Source of the DNA: Okeania sp.
GTDB taxonomy: Bacteria; Cyanobacteriota; Cyanobacteriia; Cyanobacteriales; Microcoleaceae
DNA length: 32,000 bases
Assembly (NCBI RefSeq): GCF_035285525.1
Contig: NZ_JAYKGW010000171.1
Span: 1-32,000, forward strand
Reading direction: 5' to 3'
Below, one piece after another: positions 7,823 through 17,500 of this stretch. Made by a program: the position numbers and the translations under genes. The notes beneath the pieces were generated by a model. That model was given only the letters and a program-made list of their open reading frames with translations, searched no databases and was not told where the DNA came from. Within the stretch, counting starts at the first letter, position 1. Every line of letters begins with the position of its first letter.

Positions 7823-7881
7823 TTCCTATATAAATTTTTTTTTATTAATTAATACTTAAATTTTTCCATAATCAAGTTATT

Positions 7882-7994
7882 ATATCATGTCCGGATAATC
7901 AGTCATAAAAAACTTTTTTCCCTTTACCCTTTCTTTCCCTTCTGGGTTCTACCTTTCTTTCTCCAAAGTTTAACTATTCAACCAGACATGATAT
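7882..7994. mobile_element. MITE-like element, family A, copy 3
   Basis: atatcatgtccggataatcagt (7882-) ... aaagtttaactattcaaccagacatgatat (-7994). It lies in the divergent M16/TetR promoter region. Confidence 0.6.
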
Positions 7995-8032
7995 TATTAT
8001 GCAGTTAAAATAAACTCAAAATATTAATTCTT

Positions 8033-8644
8033 ATGAAAGTTTTCACTCAGTGCCGAACTCCAGAAAAAACAACACGAACTAGAATATTGCAAACAGCTCA
8101 AAAATTGTTTGCCAAATACGGATATGATGGTACAACAATTCGCGATTTAGCAAAAGAAGTGGGAGTAGGGGAGGGTACTTTATTTCGTCATTTTACTAAT
8201 AAAAAAGCAATTTTGATAGAATTAGCGACAGCAGGATGGGTGGAAATTCTCACAGATTTATTAACAGAGTTAAGTGAAATGTCTAGCTATAAAGCTGTTG
8301 CCCAAGTGATGCGTCGCCGGATGTTAAATATTAGTCAAAATGCAGATATGATGAAAGTCTGTTTTTTGGAAGCACAATTTCATCCAGAATTGATGGATAA
8401 AATTCAATCGGAAGTTATTGAAAAAATGACCGATGTTGCCGAAGCTTTTTTTGCCACAGCCATGGAACGGGGAGTATATCGGCAAATGGATCCGAAATTG
8501 GTAGCGCGAGTATTTTTAGGAATGTTTGCGATCGCTGGTTTTAGTCAAAAAACTTTATTAGAACCCGATGCTTCTCCCCAAGCAATGCAAAAAATGGCAG
8601 AAGGGTTAGCTGATATTTTCCTCAATGGAGTGCTTGATAATTAA
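8033..8644 (+). CDS. TetR/AcrR-family transcriptional regulator
   Basis: 203 aa. The N-terminal HTH TRTRILQTAQKLFAKYGYDGTTIRDLAKEVGVGEGTLFRHFTNKKAIL is a canonical TetR_N signature. The gene is divergent from the M16 peptidase gene. Confidence 0.9.
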   Translation: MKVFTQCRTPEKTTRTRILQTAQKLFAKYGYDGTTIRDLAKEVGVGEGTLFRHFTNKKAILIELATAGWVEILTDLLTELSEMSSYKAVAQVMRRRMLNISQNADMMKVCFLEAQFHPELMDKIQSEVIEKMTDVAEAFFATAMERGVYRQMDPKLVARVFLGMFAIAGFSQKTLLEPDASPQAMQKMAEGLADIFLNGVLDN

Positions 8645-8677
8645 TAATTAATAATGCTGGAGGGGTGATATAGAACT

Positions 8678-9009
8678 GTAGGGGCCGGTTTCCCCAGAGA
8701 TTTTCATGTTTACCCTAATATTTACATAAACCCGCCCTCACACATTATTATTGGGGACGGGTTTATCTAATATATAGAAATGTAGGGGCGGGTTTCCCCA
8801 GAGATTTTCATGTTTACCCTAATATTTACATAAACCCGCCCTCACACAATAGAACTGTAGGAGCGGGTTTATTTAATTTCTAGACGAGAATCATTAACTT
8901 AACTGAAAAACCCGCCCCTACTGTTGATGAAAAATATTGTATTATTGGGAGCGGGTTTATTGAGTTTTTAGCTGAAAGTCGTTAATTTAAGTGAAAAACC
9001 CACCCCTAC
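8678..9009. repeat. Array of four GC-cored hairpin units (gtaggggcgggttt-N35-40-aaacccgcccctac family)
   Basis: Units are at 8678-8745 and 8782-8848 (near-identical, 67-68 nt), 8857-8921 and 8947-9009. Each has a stem ggg(g)cgggttt / aaacccgccc(c), and the loops differ between pairs. Confidence 0.75.
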
Positions 9010-9234
9010 TTAGCCTTCCTGATGCACAGTTTTAGATGAAACACTCCACTACCAATAGCGTTCATGCCTAATATTAGAGTTGTTGGTATCATTTGTGTAA
9101 AAATTAAGGTCTTTCCTTCTTCCTCCTTCCTTACATTAGAAAATTTCTCAAAACTCTTCATAAAATTTAACCATATCAACAATTTAATGAGTGGTAAAAT
9201 TCCCTATTAATAAAGTCAGAACTAAGGAGAATAA

Positions 9235-11763
9235 TTGGTGTCTGAAGTAGCTACTAAAAATATTACATTCTGGAATACTACTGATTATAACTACCCAGGA
9301 TTTGGCAAAACTGTAGAAATCCCTGATGGTTTAGGTGGTAAAATAGGTATTACTTATAATCAAATAGACTATGACGACGCTGGTTGGAAAGGAAAACCAA
9401 ATGGTGATATTCCCATTACTGAAAATAAATTTTTATCTGGGGAAATAGAAGATAAATTTAGCTTAACAGGTGGGGTAAAAAGCATCACTGCTACTATGCC
9501 TCAAATCAGAACAATGGGAAAGGAAAATAACTATTCTATCACCCTAGATTTTAGTAAATATAAAGCTTCCGCAGCAGGTTCCAAAGTAACTGATGGTGCA
9601 ACCTCTGGTGATACCTATTTGGCTATATCAAGATTCTTCAATGGTACTAAAGCTGGAGACACAACCATAAAAGTCGCAGCAACAACTCTAGATGGTAGTG
9701 AACTTAACTTAGGTGATTGGAAATTATTCAATAGTGGAAGTCTTGGTAAAGGTGATAATGCTCGGATATTTTTAGATACAGCTACTCAAACTATTTCTGG
9801 TAAAAACTCTCAAGGTAAACAAGAGTTGTGTCCAACTCCACCCAACCCTGGTTATTCTTGTGGTACAGGTACAGGACTAGGTTTGTTTGAGTTACCAAGC
9901 AACCAACGTTATGTATCTATTACTCTTACTTTCAAACAGAAAAAGATTCAAGGTGTAAGACCTAACGATTTACACGATATTTATGTTGCTAGCAATACCA
10001 GCTCTACAAGTAAAATTGATGCAACTCCTCAAGATCAACCAATAGATATAAATCGAGGTTTACAACTGCATCTACCACTAAATGAAATAGTAGAAAATGC
10101 AGCTAAAGAAAAAGAAGTTGTTGATGTTTCACCAACAAAACTCAACGGTAAAGTCAACGGTGCAACAATGGTAGCAGATGATCGCTTTGGCAACTGTATA
10201 AACTTTGATGGGGTCGATGATTATATTGAACTGTCTACAACAACTGTTTTTCAAACTGATGAAATCACTATTAGTTTTTGGGCAAATGGTGGTAAGTCTT
10301 TACCTAAAAATAACTCAATAATAACTACATACGATCAAAGTAATCACAGGGTAGTTAATATTCATTTGCCTTGGTCAGATAGTAAAATTTACTTTGATTG
10401 TGGAAATACCCTTACTTCTGATGACACTTATGACAGAATAGAAAAATTAGCTGAAGCTGTTGATTTTCAAAATAAATGGACTCACTGGGTATTTACTAAG
10501 AATGTTACCACTGGAGAGATGAATATATATCTCAATGGCATTCTATGGCAAAGTGGTAAGGGTAAAAATAAACCAATAACTTCAATTACAAAGGTGCAAA
10601 TTGGTACTGGTTATGGATTTTATGATGGTAAAGTAGCTCATCTACGAATTTATGACCGAGTTTTATCACCAGAAGAAATCAACGAAGTGATGGAAGTGGA
10701 TGGAACACCACCACCAATAAATATAAATCGAGGTTTACAACTGCATCTACCACTAAATGAAATAGTCGAAAATGCAGCTAAAGAAAAAGAAGTTGTTGAT
10801 ATTTCCGGGAAAAAGCTTAATGCTAAAGTTCATGGGGCAAGAACTGTAGTGGATACCAGTGTTGGCAACGGCAACTGTATAAACTTTGATGGGGTAAATG
10901 ACTATATCGAACTGTCGGCAACAAGTATTCCTCAAGGAGATGAAATCACTATTAGTTTTTGGGCAAATGGTGGTAAGTCTTTACCTAAAACAAATTCTCT
11001 TCTTTGTGCAGTAGATAAAAATAATCATTATGTGGTAAATATTCATTTGCCTTCGTCAAATAGTTGCATCTATTTTGATTGTGGAAATACCTCTACTTCT
11101 GATAACATTTCTGACAGAATAGAAAAATTAGCTGAAGCTGTTGATTTTCAAGATAAATGGACTCACTGGGTATTCACAAAAAATGTGATCACTGGAGAGA
11201 TGAATATCTATCTCAATGGTACTTTATGGCACAGTGGTACAGATAAAAATAAACCAATAAATTCAATTACTCAGGCGAAGTTTGGTGCTGGTGATGGATT
11301 TTATGATGGTAAGGTTGCTCATCTACGAATTTATGGTCGAGTGTTGTCTCTAGAAGAGATTAATGAAATAATGCAAGTTGATCAAGTTGAGAAAACTGAT
11401 ACACCATCAACTGATGATGAGAGTGGGGAAACTGCAACCACAGAAACAACTGACATCACATCAACTGATAACACAACTAATACAACCCAAAAACCTATGG
11501 AATATCAAATTTATCAGGTAAATGGCAATCCCACTATTAAAACCGGATATGCAGCATCAGAATGGACGGCAGTTATTGCCGGATTTAATTGTGGGGCAAA
11601 GCAGAAACACAAAGCAACAGCATTAACGCTCATGCCTATAGTAGATAATGGAGAATGGAAAATCAAGTGCGATATTAAAGATGCAGACGATCGCTATTGG
11701 GATGTAGCAGTTTTATTTATCAGGAATAACATGGTAAATAGATTAAACAATTTCTATCGTTAA
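9235..11763 (+). CDS. Large multidomain protein with two tandem LamG / concanavalin-A-like lectin (Laminin_G_3-type) modules; N- and C-terminal domains unassigned
   Basis: 842-aa ORF. AAGGAG (9224-9229) lies 5 nt upstream of TTG 9235 and 8 nt upstream of GTG 9238. Two ~220-aa modules (aa ~272-490 and ~497-715) carry LamG_3-like features: FGNCINFDGVDDYIEL, ITISFWANGG, WTHWVFTKN..TGEMNIYLNG, FYDGKVAHLRIYDRVLSPEEINEV. A T/D/E-rich linker and a ~85-aa C-terminal domain follow. No signal peptide is visible. Confidence 0.8.
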   Translation: MVSEVATKNITFWNTTDYNYPGFGKTVEIPDGLGGKIGITYNQIDYDDAGWKGKPNGDIPITENKFLSGEIEDKFSLTGGVKSITATMPQIRTMGKENNYSITLDFSKYKASAAGSKVTDGATSGDTYLAISRFFNGTKAGDTTIKVAATTLDGSELNLGDWKLFNSGSLGKGDNARIFLDTATQTISGKNSQGKQELCPTPPNPGYSCGTGTGLGLFELPSNQRYVSITLTFKQKKIQGVRPNDLHDIYVASNTSSTSKIDATPQDQPIDINRGLQLHLPLNEIVENAAKEKEVVDVSPTKLNGKVNGATMVADDRFGNCINFDGVDDYIELSTTTVFQTDEITISFWANGGKSLPKNNSIITTYDQSNHRVVNIHLPWSDSKIYFDCGNTLTSDDTYDRIEKLAEAVDFQNKWTHWVFTKNVTTGEMNIYLNGILWQSGKGKNKPITSITKVQIGTGYGFYDGKVAHLRIYDRVLSPEEINEVMEVDGTPPPININRGLQLHLPLNEIVENAAKEKEVVDISGKKLNAKVHGARTVVDTSVGNGNCINFDGVNDYIELSATSIPQGDEITISFWANGGKSLPKTNSLLCAVDKNNHYVVNIHLPSSNSCIYFDCGNTSTSDNISDRIEKLAEAVDFQDKWTHWVFTKNVITGEMNIYLNGTLWHSGTDKNKPINSITQAKFGAGDGFYDGKVAHLRIYGRVLSLEEINEIMQVDQVEKTDTPSTDDESGETATTETTDITSTDNTTNTTQKPMEYQIYQVNGNPTIKTGYAASEWTAVIAGFNCGAKQKHKATALTLMPIVDNGEWKIKCDIKDADDRYWDVAVLFIRNNMVNRLNNFYR
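10048..11381 (+). repeat. Intragenic tandem duplication (~675 bp x 2) encoding the two LamG modules
   Basis: ataaatcgaggtttacaactgcatctaccactaaatgaaatagt.gaaaatgcagctaaagaaaaagaagttgttgat occurs at 10048 and 10723. Long near-identical stretches continue through both copies, with one 6-nt indel. Confidence 0.85.
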
Positions 11764-11782
11764 AATATTAAAGTTGATATTA

Positions 11783-11825
11783 GTAGGGGTTTGGTCTCCA
11801 AACCCTTACAGGTCTTGTTTTTTTT
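11783..11825 (+). terminator. Probable intrinsic terminator after the LamG-protein gene
   Basis: A 12-bp stem gtaggggtttgg / ccaaacccttac (one G-U) has a 3-nt loop (11783-11809). A run of 8 T follows at 11818-11825. The same palindrome starts at 31984 after trmD. Confidence 0.55.
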
Positions 11826-11842
11826 CGGCATTGCATAAATGC

Positions 11843-11955
11843 ACTGAGGACTTTAATAGTTTTGTGTATGGGGGTATATTGCCACCTTCTATCAGCTATC
11901 AGATTTCAAATAGAAACCGGGTTTCTGAGATTTCTGGTTTGCGTAAGTCCTGATA
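11843..11955. mobile_element. Degenerate family B element
   Basis: The right end tttgcgtaagtcctgatac (11938-11957) is intact. The left end actgaggacttta (11843-) is degenerate. The interior carries aaaccgggtttctgagatttctggtt, also seen at 26671-26699. Confidence 0.4.
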
Positions 11956-12002
11956 CTTTTTCAGCAACCCTAACTACTCCTTTCCCTACTCCCTAAACCC
12001 TA

Positions 12003-12749
12003 ATGATTAAATTTATCTGGAGAACAATCCTTAAACCATTTCTCAATATATTCCTGAAACCTAATTGTCCTCTTTGTCAGCGATCAGCAAACAGAGAGTT
12101 TTGTCAATATTGCGAAGAACAAGTTTGGCGCTGTCAGTTTTCTGGTGGAGGAGAAATATTTTCTGGAGAAGTACCCATATTTATTTGGGGTCAATACAAA
12201 GATAGTCTCAAACGAGCGATCGCTGCCATGAAGTATGAAGATAACCCACAAATAGCAAGACCTCTAGGATATTGGTTAGCAGATGGGTGGTTAGCTTCTC
12301 CAGTGGCAACCCTTGATCGAGTAGTGGTTGTACCCATTCCTATGCACAAAAAAAAGCAGAGGAAACGAGGTTTTAATCAAGCGGAACTATTGGCCAATAG
12401 TTTTTGTGCAGCCACAGGTTTGCAGATACGGCGCAATGCTTTAGCAAGAGTGAAGCAGACTCAAGCATTATATGGTTTGTCTCCTGGAGAGAGAGTGGAG
12501 ACAGTTAAGGATGCTTTTGTTGTGGGGAAATATTTCCGTAACTGTCGTCCCCGCGTTTCCGTTTTATTGGTAGATGATATTTATACAACTGGTGCAACGG
12601 TAAATTCTGCCATAGAGGTTTTGCAACAAGGAGGTATTAAAGTAGTCGGAGTGTTGGCGATCGCGACTACGAAAAAAGCTATTAACAAAAAAATTATTTT
12701 AAAGAGTCAGAAAGTGGTGAAAAAACTAGGTTTCACAAGTAGGAATTAA
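12003..12749 (+). CDS. comF: ComF-family protein (phosphoribosyltransferase fold with N-terminal Cys-rich zinc-finger-like motif)
   Basis: 248 aa with CPLCQR...CQYCEE cysteine pairs and the PRPP-binding loop VLLVDDIYTTGATVNSA. The last ~17 codons lie inside a duplicated repeat unit (12697-12778). Confidence 0.75.
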   Translation: MIKFIWRTILKPFLNIFLKPNCPLCQRSANREFCQYCEEQVWRCQFSGGGEIFSGEVPIFIWGQYKDSLKRAIAAMKYEDNPQIARPLGYWLADGWLASPVATLDRVVVVPIPMHKKKQRKRGFNQAELLANSFCAATGLQIRRNALARVKQTQALYGLSPGERVETVKDAFVVGKYFRNCRPRVSVLLVDDIYTTGATVNSAIEVLQQGGIKVVGVLAIATTKKAINKKIILKSQKVVKKLGFTSRN

Positions 12750-12903
12750 ATCAAAAAATGAAGTTAGTTTATAATCCCTATTCCCTCCATACCTGTTCCC
12801 AGTTAAGCGTTCCCTATTCCCTTTTTAAAGAGTCAGAAAGTGGTGAAAAAACTAGGTTTCACAAGTAGGAATTAAATCAAAAATGAAGTTAGTTTATAAT
12901 CCC
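12697..12903 (+). repeat. Tandem duplication (~126-bp period) of the comF 3' end plus an STRR-like spacer
   Basis: The 81-bp unit ttttaaagagtcagaaagtggtgaaaaaactaggtttcacaagtaggaattaaatcaaaaa(a)tgaagttagtttataatccc occurs at 12697-12778 and 12823-12903. Each copy is followed by ccctccatacct-type sequence. Confidence 0.85.
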
Positions 12904-13420
12904 GGTTCCCGGTTCCCTCCATACCTAAAAAATCCCAAAAAATTAATTCCAGATTCTTATAACAATCTAATTGATAGTTAAATCAATTTGATTCGGGGAA
13001 GTACCTGGAATTTGTTAATTAAAGTGAACTTTATAGTTACAACACTATAAAAAAGTAGGAGGACACTAAGAAAATTGAAATCTTTGATAATCAATATTTT
13101 TGATTTGAGCTAATAGCTATTTTCAATGTATTTTATCAGAGAAATGCAAAAAGCTATATTAAACTAGATTTCACCTCGTCCACTACCTCGTTCATCACCA
13201 AATATTCCAACTGGAGTTAAAAACTTTTGGATATTCAAGGATGAATTATTTGATTCACAGCTGCAGAAGTTGGGGTAGACCATCATAGAATTTATAATGG
13301 AAATATCAATATATAAGCAGATACTCATGGGATTTTTCCATTTGCCATACAAGGAGTTTCTACTTCCTAATACAGAACTTTTGCAGCTTGATCAGGATAA
13401 AAGGGGTGATAAATTTTCTA

Positions 13421-14107
13421 TTAATTTAAGTTCTTTTTTCGGCCAGAAACTGAATTATTTTGCTGGTAAGCGATCGCTGAATCTACTTGCTTCAATAAAA
13501 TATCTAAGGTAGAGGAGTTATCCACAACTATATCCGCTTTTTCGCATTTTTCTGCCAAGGACATCTGATTATTAATTCGGGTATAAGCTTGTTTTTCTGT
13601 TAAGCGGTCACGTTTTATTAATCTTTCTATTTGTTGTTGGAGTGTAGAGTATATCACCCAAGTTTCTGTTACTAAATCAGTCATTTTAGCTTCAAACAGT
13701 AGTGGTATTACTAATACTACTGTAGAATTTTGAGAAGTAGTTTGATAGGAAGTAATTTGTTGAAAGGTTTTATCGTTAAATTCACTATTTTTAATGATAA
13801 AATACTTAATATTCTCTTCAAAGCGATGACGAACATAAGGATGAATCTGTTGTTCTAACCAATGTAATTCTTTTTGATTGTTAAATACAATTTCTCCTAA
13901 TTGTTGCCTATCCAAGTTACCATTAGGTAAAATAATATTTTGACCATAGTGTTCTACTATATCCCCCAAAATTGGTGAACCAGGTTGTACAGCTTCCCGC
14001 CCATAAATATCTGCATCCCAAACGGGAAACTGGTAACTTTGATGCAAATAATTAGAGACAGTAGTTTTTCCTGTACCAATACCACCAGTTAAACCAATAA
14101 AACGCAT
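13421..14107 (-). CDS. coaE: Dephospho-CoA kinase
   Basis: MRFIGLTGGIGTGKTTVSNYL P-loop at the extreme N-terminus. Length and overall pattern are typical of CoaE. Confidence 0.9.
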   Translation of the reverse strand: MRFIGLTGGIGTGKTTVSNYLHQSYQFPVWDADIYGREAVQPGSPILGDIVEHYGQNIILPNGNLDRQQLGEIVFNNQKELHWLEQQIHPYVRHRFEENIKYFIIKNSEFNDKTFQQITSYQTTSQNSTVVLVIPLLFEAKMTDLVTETWVIYSTLQQQIERLIKRDRLTEKQAYTRINNQMSLAEKCEKADIVVDNSSTLDILLKQVDSAIAYQQNNSVSGRKKNLN

Positions 14108-14183
14108 AATTTTTAAGTTAAAAATCTGAATAATAAATAGGATTTGTTGAAAAAAGTTTTTTAGTAAGAGGACGGAGTCAGAA

Positions 14184-14214
14184 GTCAGGAGATATGGGAA
14201 TTATAGAATAAGTA
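14184..14214 (-). promoter_or_regulatory. 31-bp conserved motif containing TATAAT (read on - strand), upstream of coaE
   Basis: gtcaggagatatgggaattatagaataagta matches 29601-29631 at 26/31. On the - strand it reads tacttattcTATAATtcccatatctcctgac, with the hexamer at 14200-14205. It lies 77 bp upstream of the coaE start. Confidence 0.35.
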
Positions 14215-14364
14215 GTCAGTAGCTGTGTCGTTATGGTAGTAGGCAGGTTCTTAATATTATGCGTTATTCGTAGGAATAAAACTTTAGTAATTGATTTAAT
14301 AATACAATTATGGACATTAAATTTATCGCTATACTTTCAGTAGATTGGACTTCTTTTTTCCTGG

Positions 14365-14412
14365 CTACTCCCCTACTCCCCCATCCCCCTACTCCCTACT
14401 CCCCTACTCCCT
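14365..14412 (+). repeat. STRR-like heptamer array (ctactcc/tactccc)
   Basis: ctactcccctactcccccatccccctactccctactcccctactccct, upstream of the TpsA-CHAT gene. Confidence 0.75.
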
Positions 14413-14527
14413 AAAAATGATAGAATTATTATACTGCGAGCATCTTGCTCGTGCGTGCTTTATTATTAATTATTTTTCTATGGACTACTGATAACTGATA
14501 CTAAAAAAGCTCCCTATATTAAAAACC

Positions 14528-17500
14528 ATGAAGTATGTACTTGTTAATAAAATTTACCATATTCTCATAACTGTCCCCTTAACTGGACTTTGGATATTGG
14601 ACACTGCTACACTCTTCTTAAGCCCCCCTTTGAAATGGGGGTTGGGGGGATATCCAACTGCATTAGCTCAATCATCACCCGGACCCATAGTTCCTGAACC
14701 AAACTCAACTAACACGGTAGTAACTCCGGTAAAACCATCAAACAATTCTGACCCAACCCGCTTTGATATTACAGGTGGAAAGCGCTCTAGAGATAATACT
14801 AATATTTTCCACAGTTTCAGTGAATTTAGTTTGACAGAAAGCCAAATTGTTAACTTTATATCTAACCCCAATATAGAAAATATTTTAACTCGTGTTACAG
14901 GTGGAGATGCTTCTGTAATTAATGGTTTAATTCAGGTAACTGGAGGAAATTCTAACTTATTTATTATGAATCCTGCTGGGATTATTTTTGGTGCAAATGC
15001 TAGATTAGATGTACCTGGTTCTTTTGTTGTAACTACTGGTTCAAGTATTGATTTTAATTCTGGTTCATTTAATTCTACAGGTAAAAATAACTATAATATT
15101 TTAACAGGAAATCCGGCTGCTTTTTCCTTTCCTATAAATAATTTGGGGGTAATAATAAATGAAGGTGAATTAACTGTTGAACCAGGAAAAAGTGTAGTTT
15201 TATTAGGTGGCACAATTATTAATACAGGAAAAATATCTGCACCAGGGGGTGAAATTACAATCTCTACAATTTTAGGAGAAGATTTAGTCCGCATTAGTCA
15301 AGAAGGGCGTTTGTTAAATTTAGAAATAAAAAGGGAAGATGGAGAAAGTTCAAGTACAAATTTAAGTGAAGAATTAGAGACATTACATCCTTTATCTATA
15401 CCTCAATTGTTAACTGGTAATAATGAGGCGATGGAAACTGCTACTGGAGTAACGGTTAATGGTGATAATCAAGTAGTTTTGACTGGTTCAAATCAGGTAA
15501 TTCCTACAGATTCAGGTACAACTATTATTTCTGGTTATCTGGATGTTTCTGGAACAGAAGATTCAGAATTATCAAATACAAGTGGAATTAATATTTTTGG
15601 AGAAAAAGTAGGATTATTTGATGCTAATTTGGATGCTTCTAGTATTAATGGCAGTGGAAATATTAGAATTGGTGGAGATTTTTCTGATTTAAGAAATGTT
15701 CCTAATGCTACTCGTATTTATGTTGATGAAGGAACAGAAATATCTGCAAAGTCTTCTTTTAGTGACGGAGGTAATATCGTTATTTCTAGTGCTGAAGAAA
15801 CTACATTTTTCGGGAAGATAGAAGCTACTGGTTATATTGAAAAACCTTCTAATTCAGTAGAATTAAACTCTACAAAAAATAGAGTAGAAATTTCTAGTCA
15901 AGGAATTTTAATTTTTGATGGCACTGTTAATTTAGGTTCTGCAAATACTTTGGGAGATTTATCTTTTAAAGCTGAAAACATTAAGATTGTACACAGCAAT
16001 ATTCAACTAGAAGATAATTCTTTAACTGAACAAAAAGCAACAGAATCTCAAATTTCTCAGTCATCAATAGAAACTATATCAAATGCAAATATTAAAATTG
16101 AAGCAGCAGATAATATAACTATTAATGATTTATCTGAAGCTGAATTAAATTTAATAAATACAATAGGTGAAATTTCATTTATCGCAGATAGCGACCAAAA
16201 TGGTTCCGGCTATTTTATTATAGATTCAAAAAATACTATTAATACTCAAGGAGCAGAAATTAATATTTCGGGAACCACAATTAATACAGGTAATATTAAT
16301 ACTAATGGCGGAGAACTAAATTTGACCAGTAGTCAAGGTTTTATTATGACTAATAATTTATCTACTGCTAACTTAAATATAAAATTAGAAAGGAATGGTG
16401 GAGATATAAATATTGACGCTCAGAGAAATATTACTACAGGAGAAATTGATTCTAGTGGAAAATCTAGGGGTGGAAATATTACCATAAATTCTGCTGCTAG
16501 TATTAATACACAAAACATTATTTCTGAAGGTCAACAAAGTGGTGGAAATATTGAGATCGCATCTGAAAATACTCTTAATCTTCAAGGAATATCAACATCT
16601 AGTGACAGTACAACAACTGGCAATATTTTCGTCTCTGCAAGGGAAGTTAACTTTTTAGGTGGGGAAAATAGTATTAGTAGTAACGGGAAACTTACCATAC
16701 AGTCAACATCAGAAAATAACAATATTACTTTGGGGGGGTTTGAAAATACACAAGCACTTAATCTGACAACATTAGAATTAACAGCTTTAGCAAATGGTTT
16801 TAGTTCCATTAACATCGGGAAATCAGAAAATTCTGGTACTATTACTATCTATTCTCCAGAAAACGGTGACAGAAATGGAGTGATATTTGACGATCCGGTA
16901 ACTATACAAGCAGAAAGAATTACAGGTAAAGGTACAATAAGTGGAAGAGATAATGCTAACATTACTCTAAATGCTAAAGGTGACATCTCCACTGGTGATA
17001 TTTCTGCATCTGGAGATATAAATATTAGAAGCAATGAAGGAAATATTGAAATAGGAAATGTGAATGCTAATACATCAAATAAAATTATTGGTAATATTGA
17101 TATTTTTAGTGATGATGGTTCTATAAAAACAGGAAAATTAACTACTACAAGAACAACAACTACAAGTGAAATAAGCGGAAGAGATGATGCCAACATTACT
17201 TTAAACGCTAACCGTGATATCTCCACTGATGATATTTCAGTGTCTGGAGATATAAATATTAGAAGTAATGAAGGTTCCATAGAAACAGGAAAATTAACTA
17301 CTACAAGAATAACAAGAGGAGGAAATATTGATATAGAAGCAGGCGATCGCTTGACCACAAAAGAAATAAATTCTAGCGCTAAATCAGGAAAGGGTGGAGA
17401 TGTTACATTGAGTGCAGAAAATGATATTGAAATTTTTTCAATCAAAGCAGAAGGTGGAAATTTTGGAGGTGATGTTGAAATTAGTACCGACGATACTCTG

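Noticed and set aside
8678-9009. CRISPR-like appearance of repeated GC-rich units separated by AT-rich sequence.
   Set aside because: The units are 63-68-nt hairpins of two different subtypes with irregular spacing. The 'spacers' are themselves repeated, and no cas genes or leader are present. The same argument applies to 19627-19806 (only two units) and 5203-5290 (contiguous 32-mers without spacers).
10048-11381. Template-repeat/variable-repeat pair of a diversity-generating retroelement (two near-identical segments in the LamG gene; likewise 16937-17290 in the CHAT gene).
   Set aside because: Both copies are in-frame parts of the same CDS. The differences involve all four bases rather than adenine positions only, and no reverse transcriptase or accessory gene is in the window.
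13164-13512. Overlapping ORFs 13164-13352 (-) and 13297-13512 (+) in the comF/coaE convergent spacer.
   Set aside because: They overlap each other, and the plus one overlaps the coaE 3' end. They have no recognisable motifs, ribosome-binding context or repeats suggestive of real genes. The region is reported only as unexplained.
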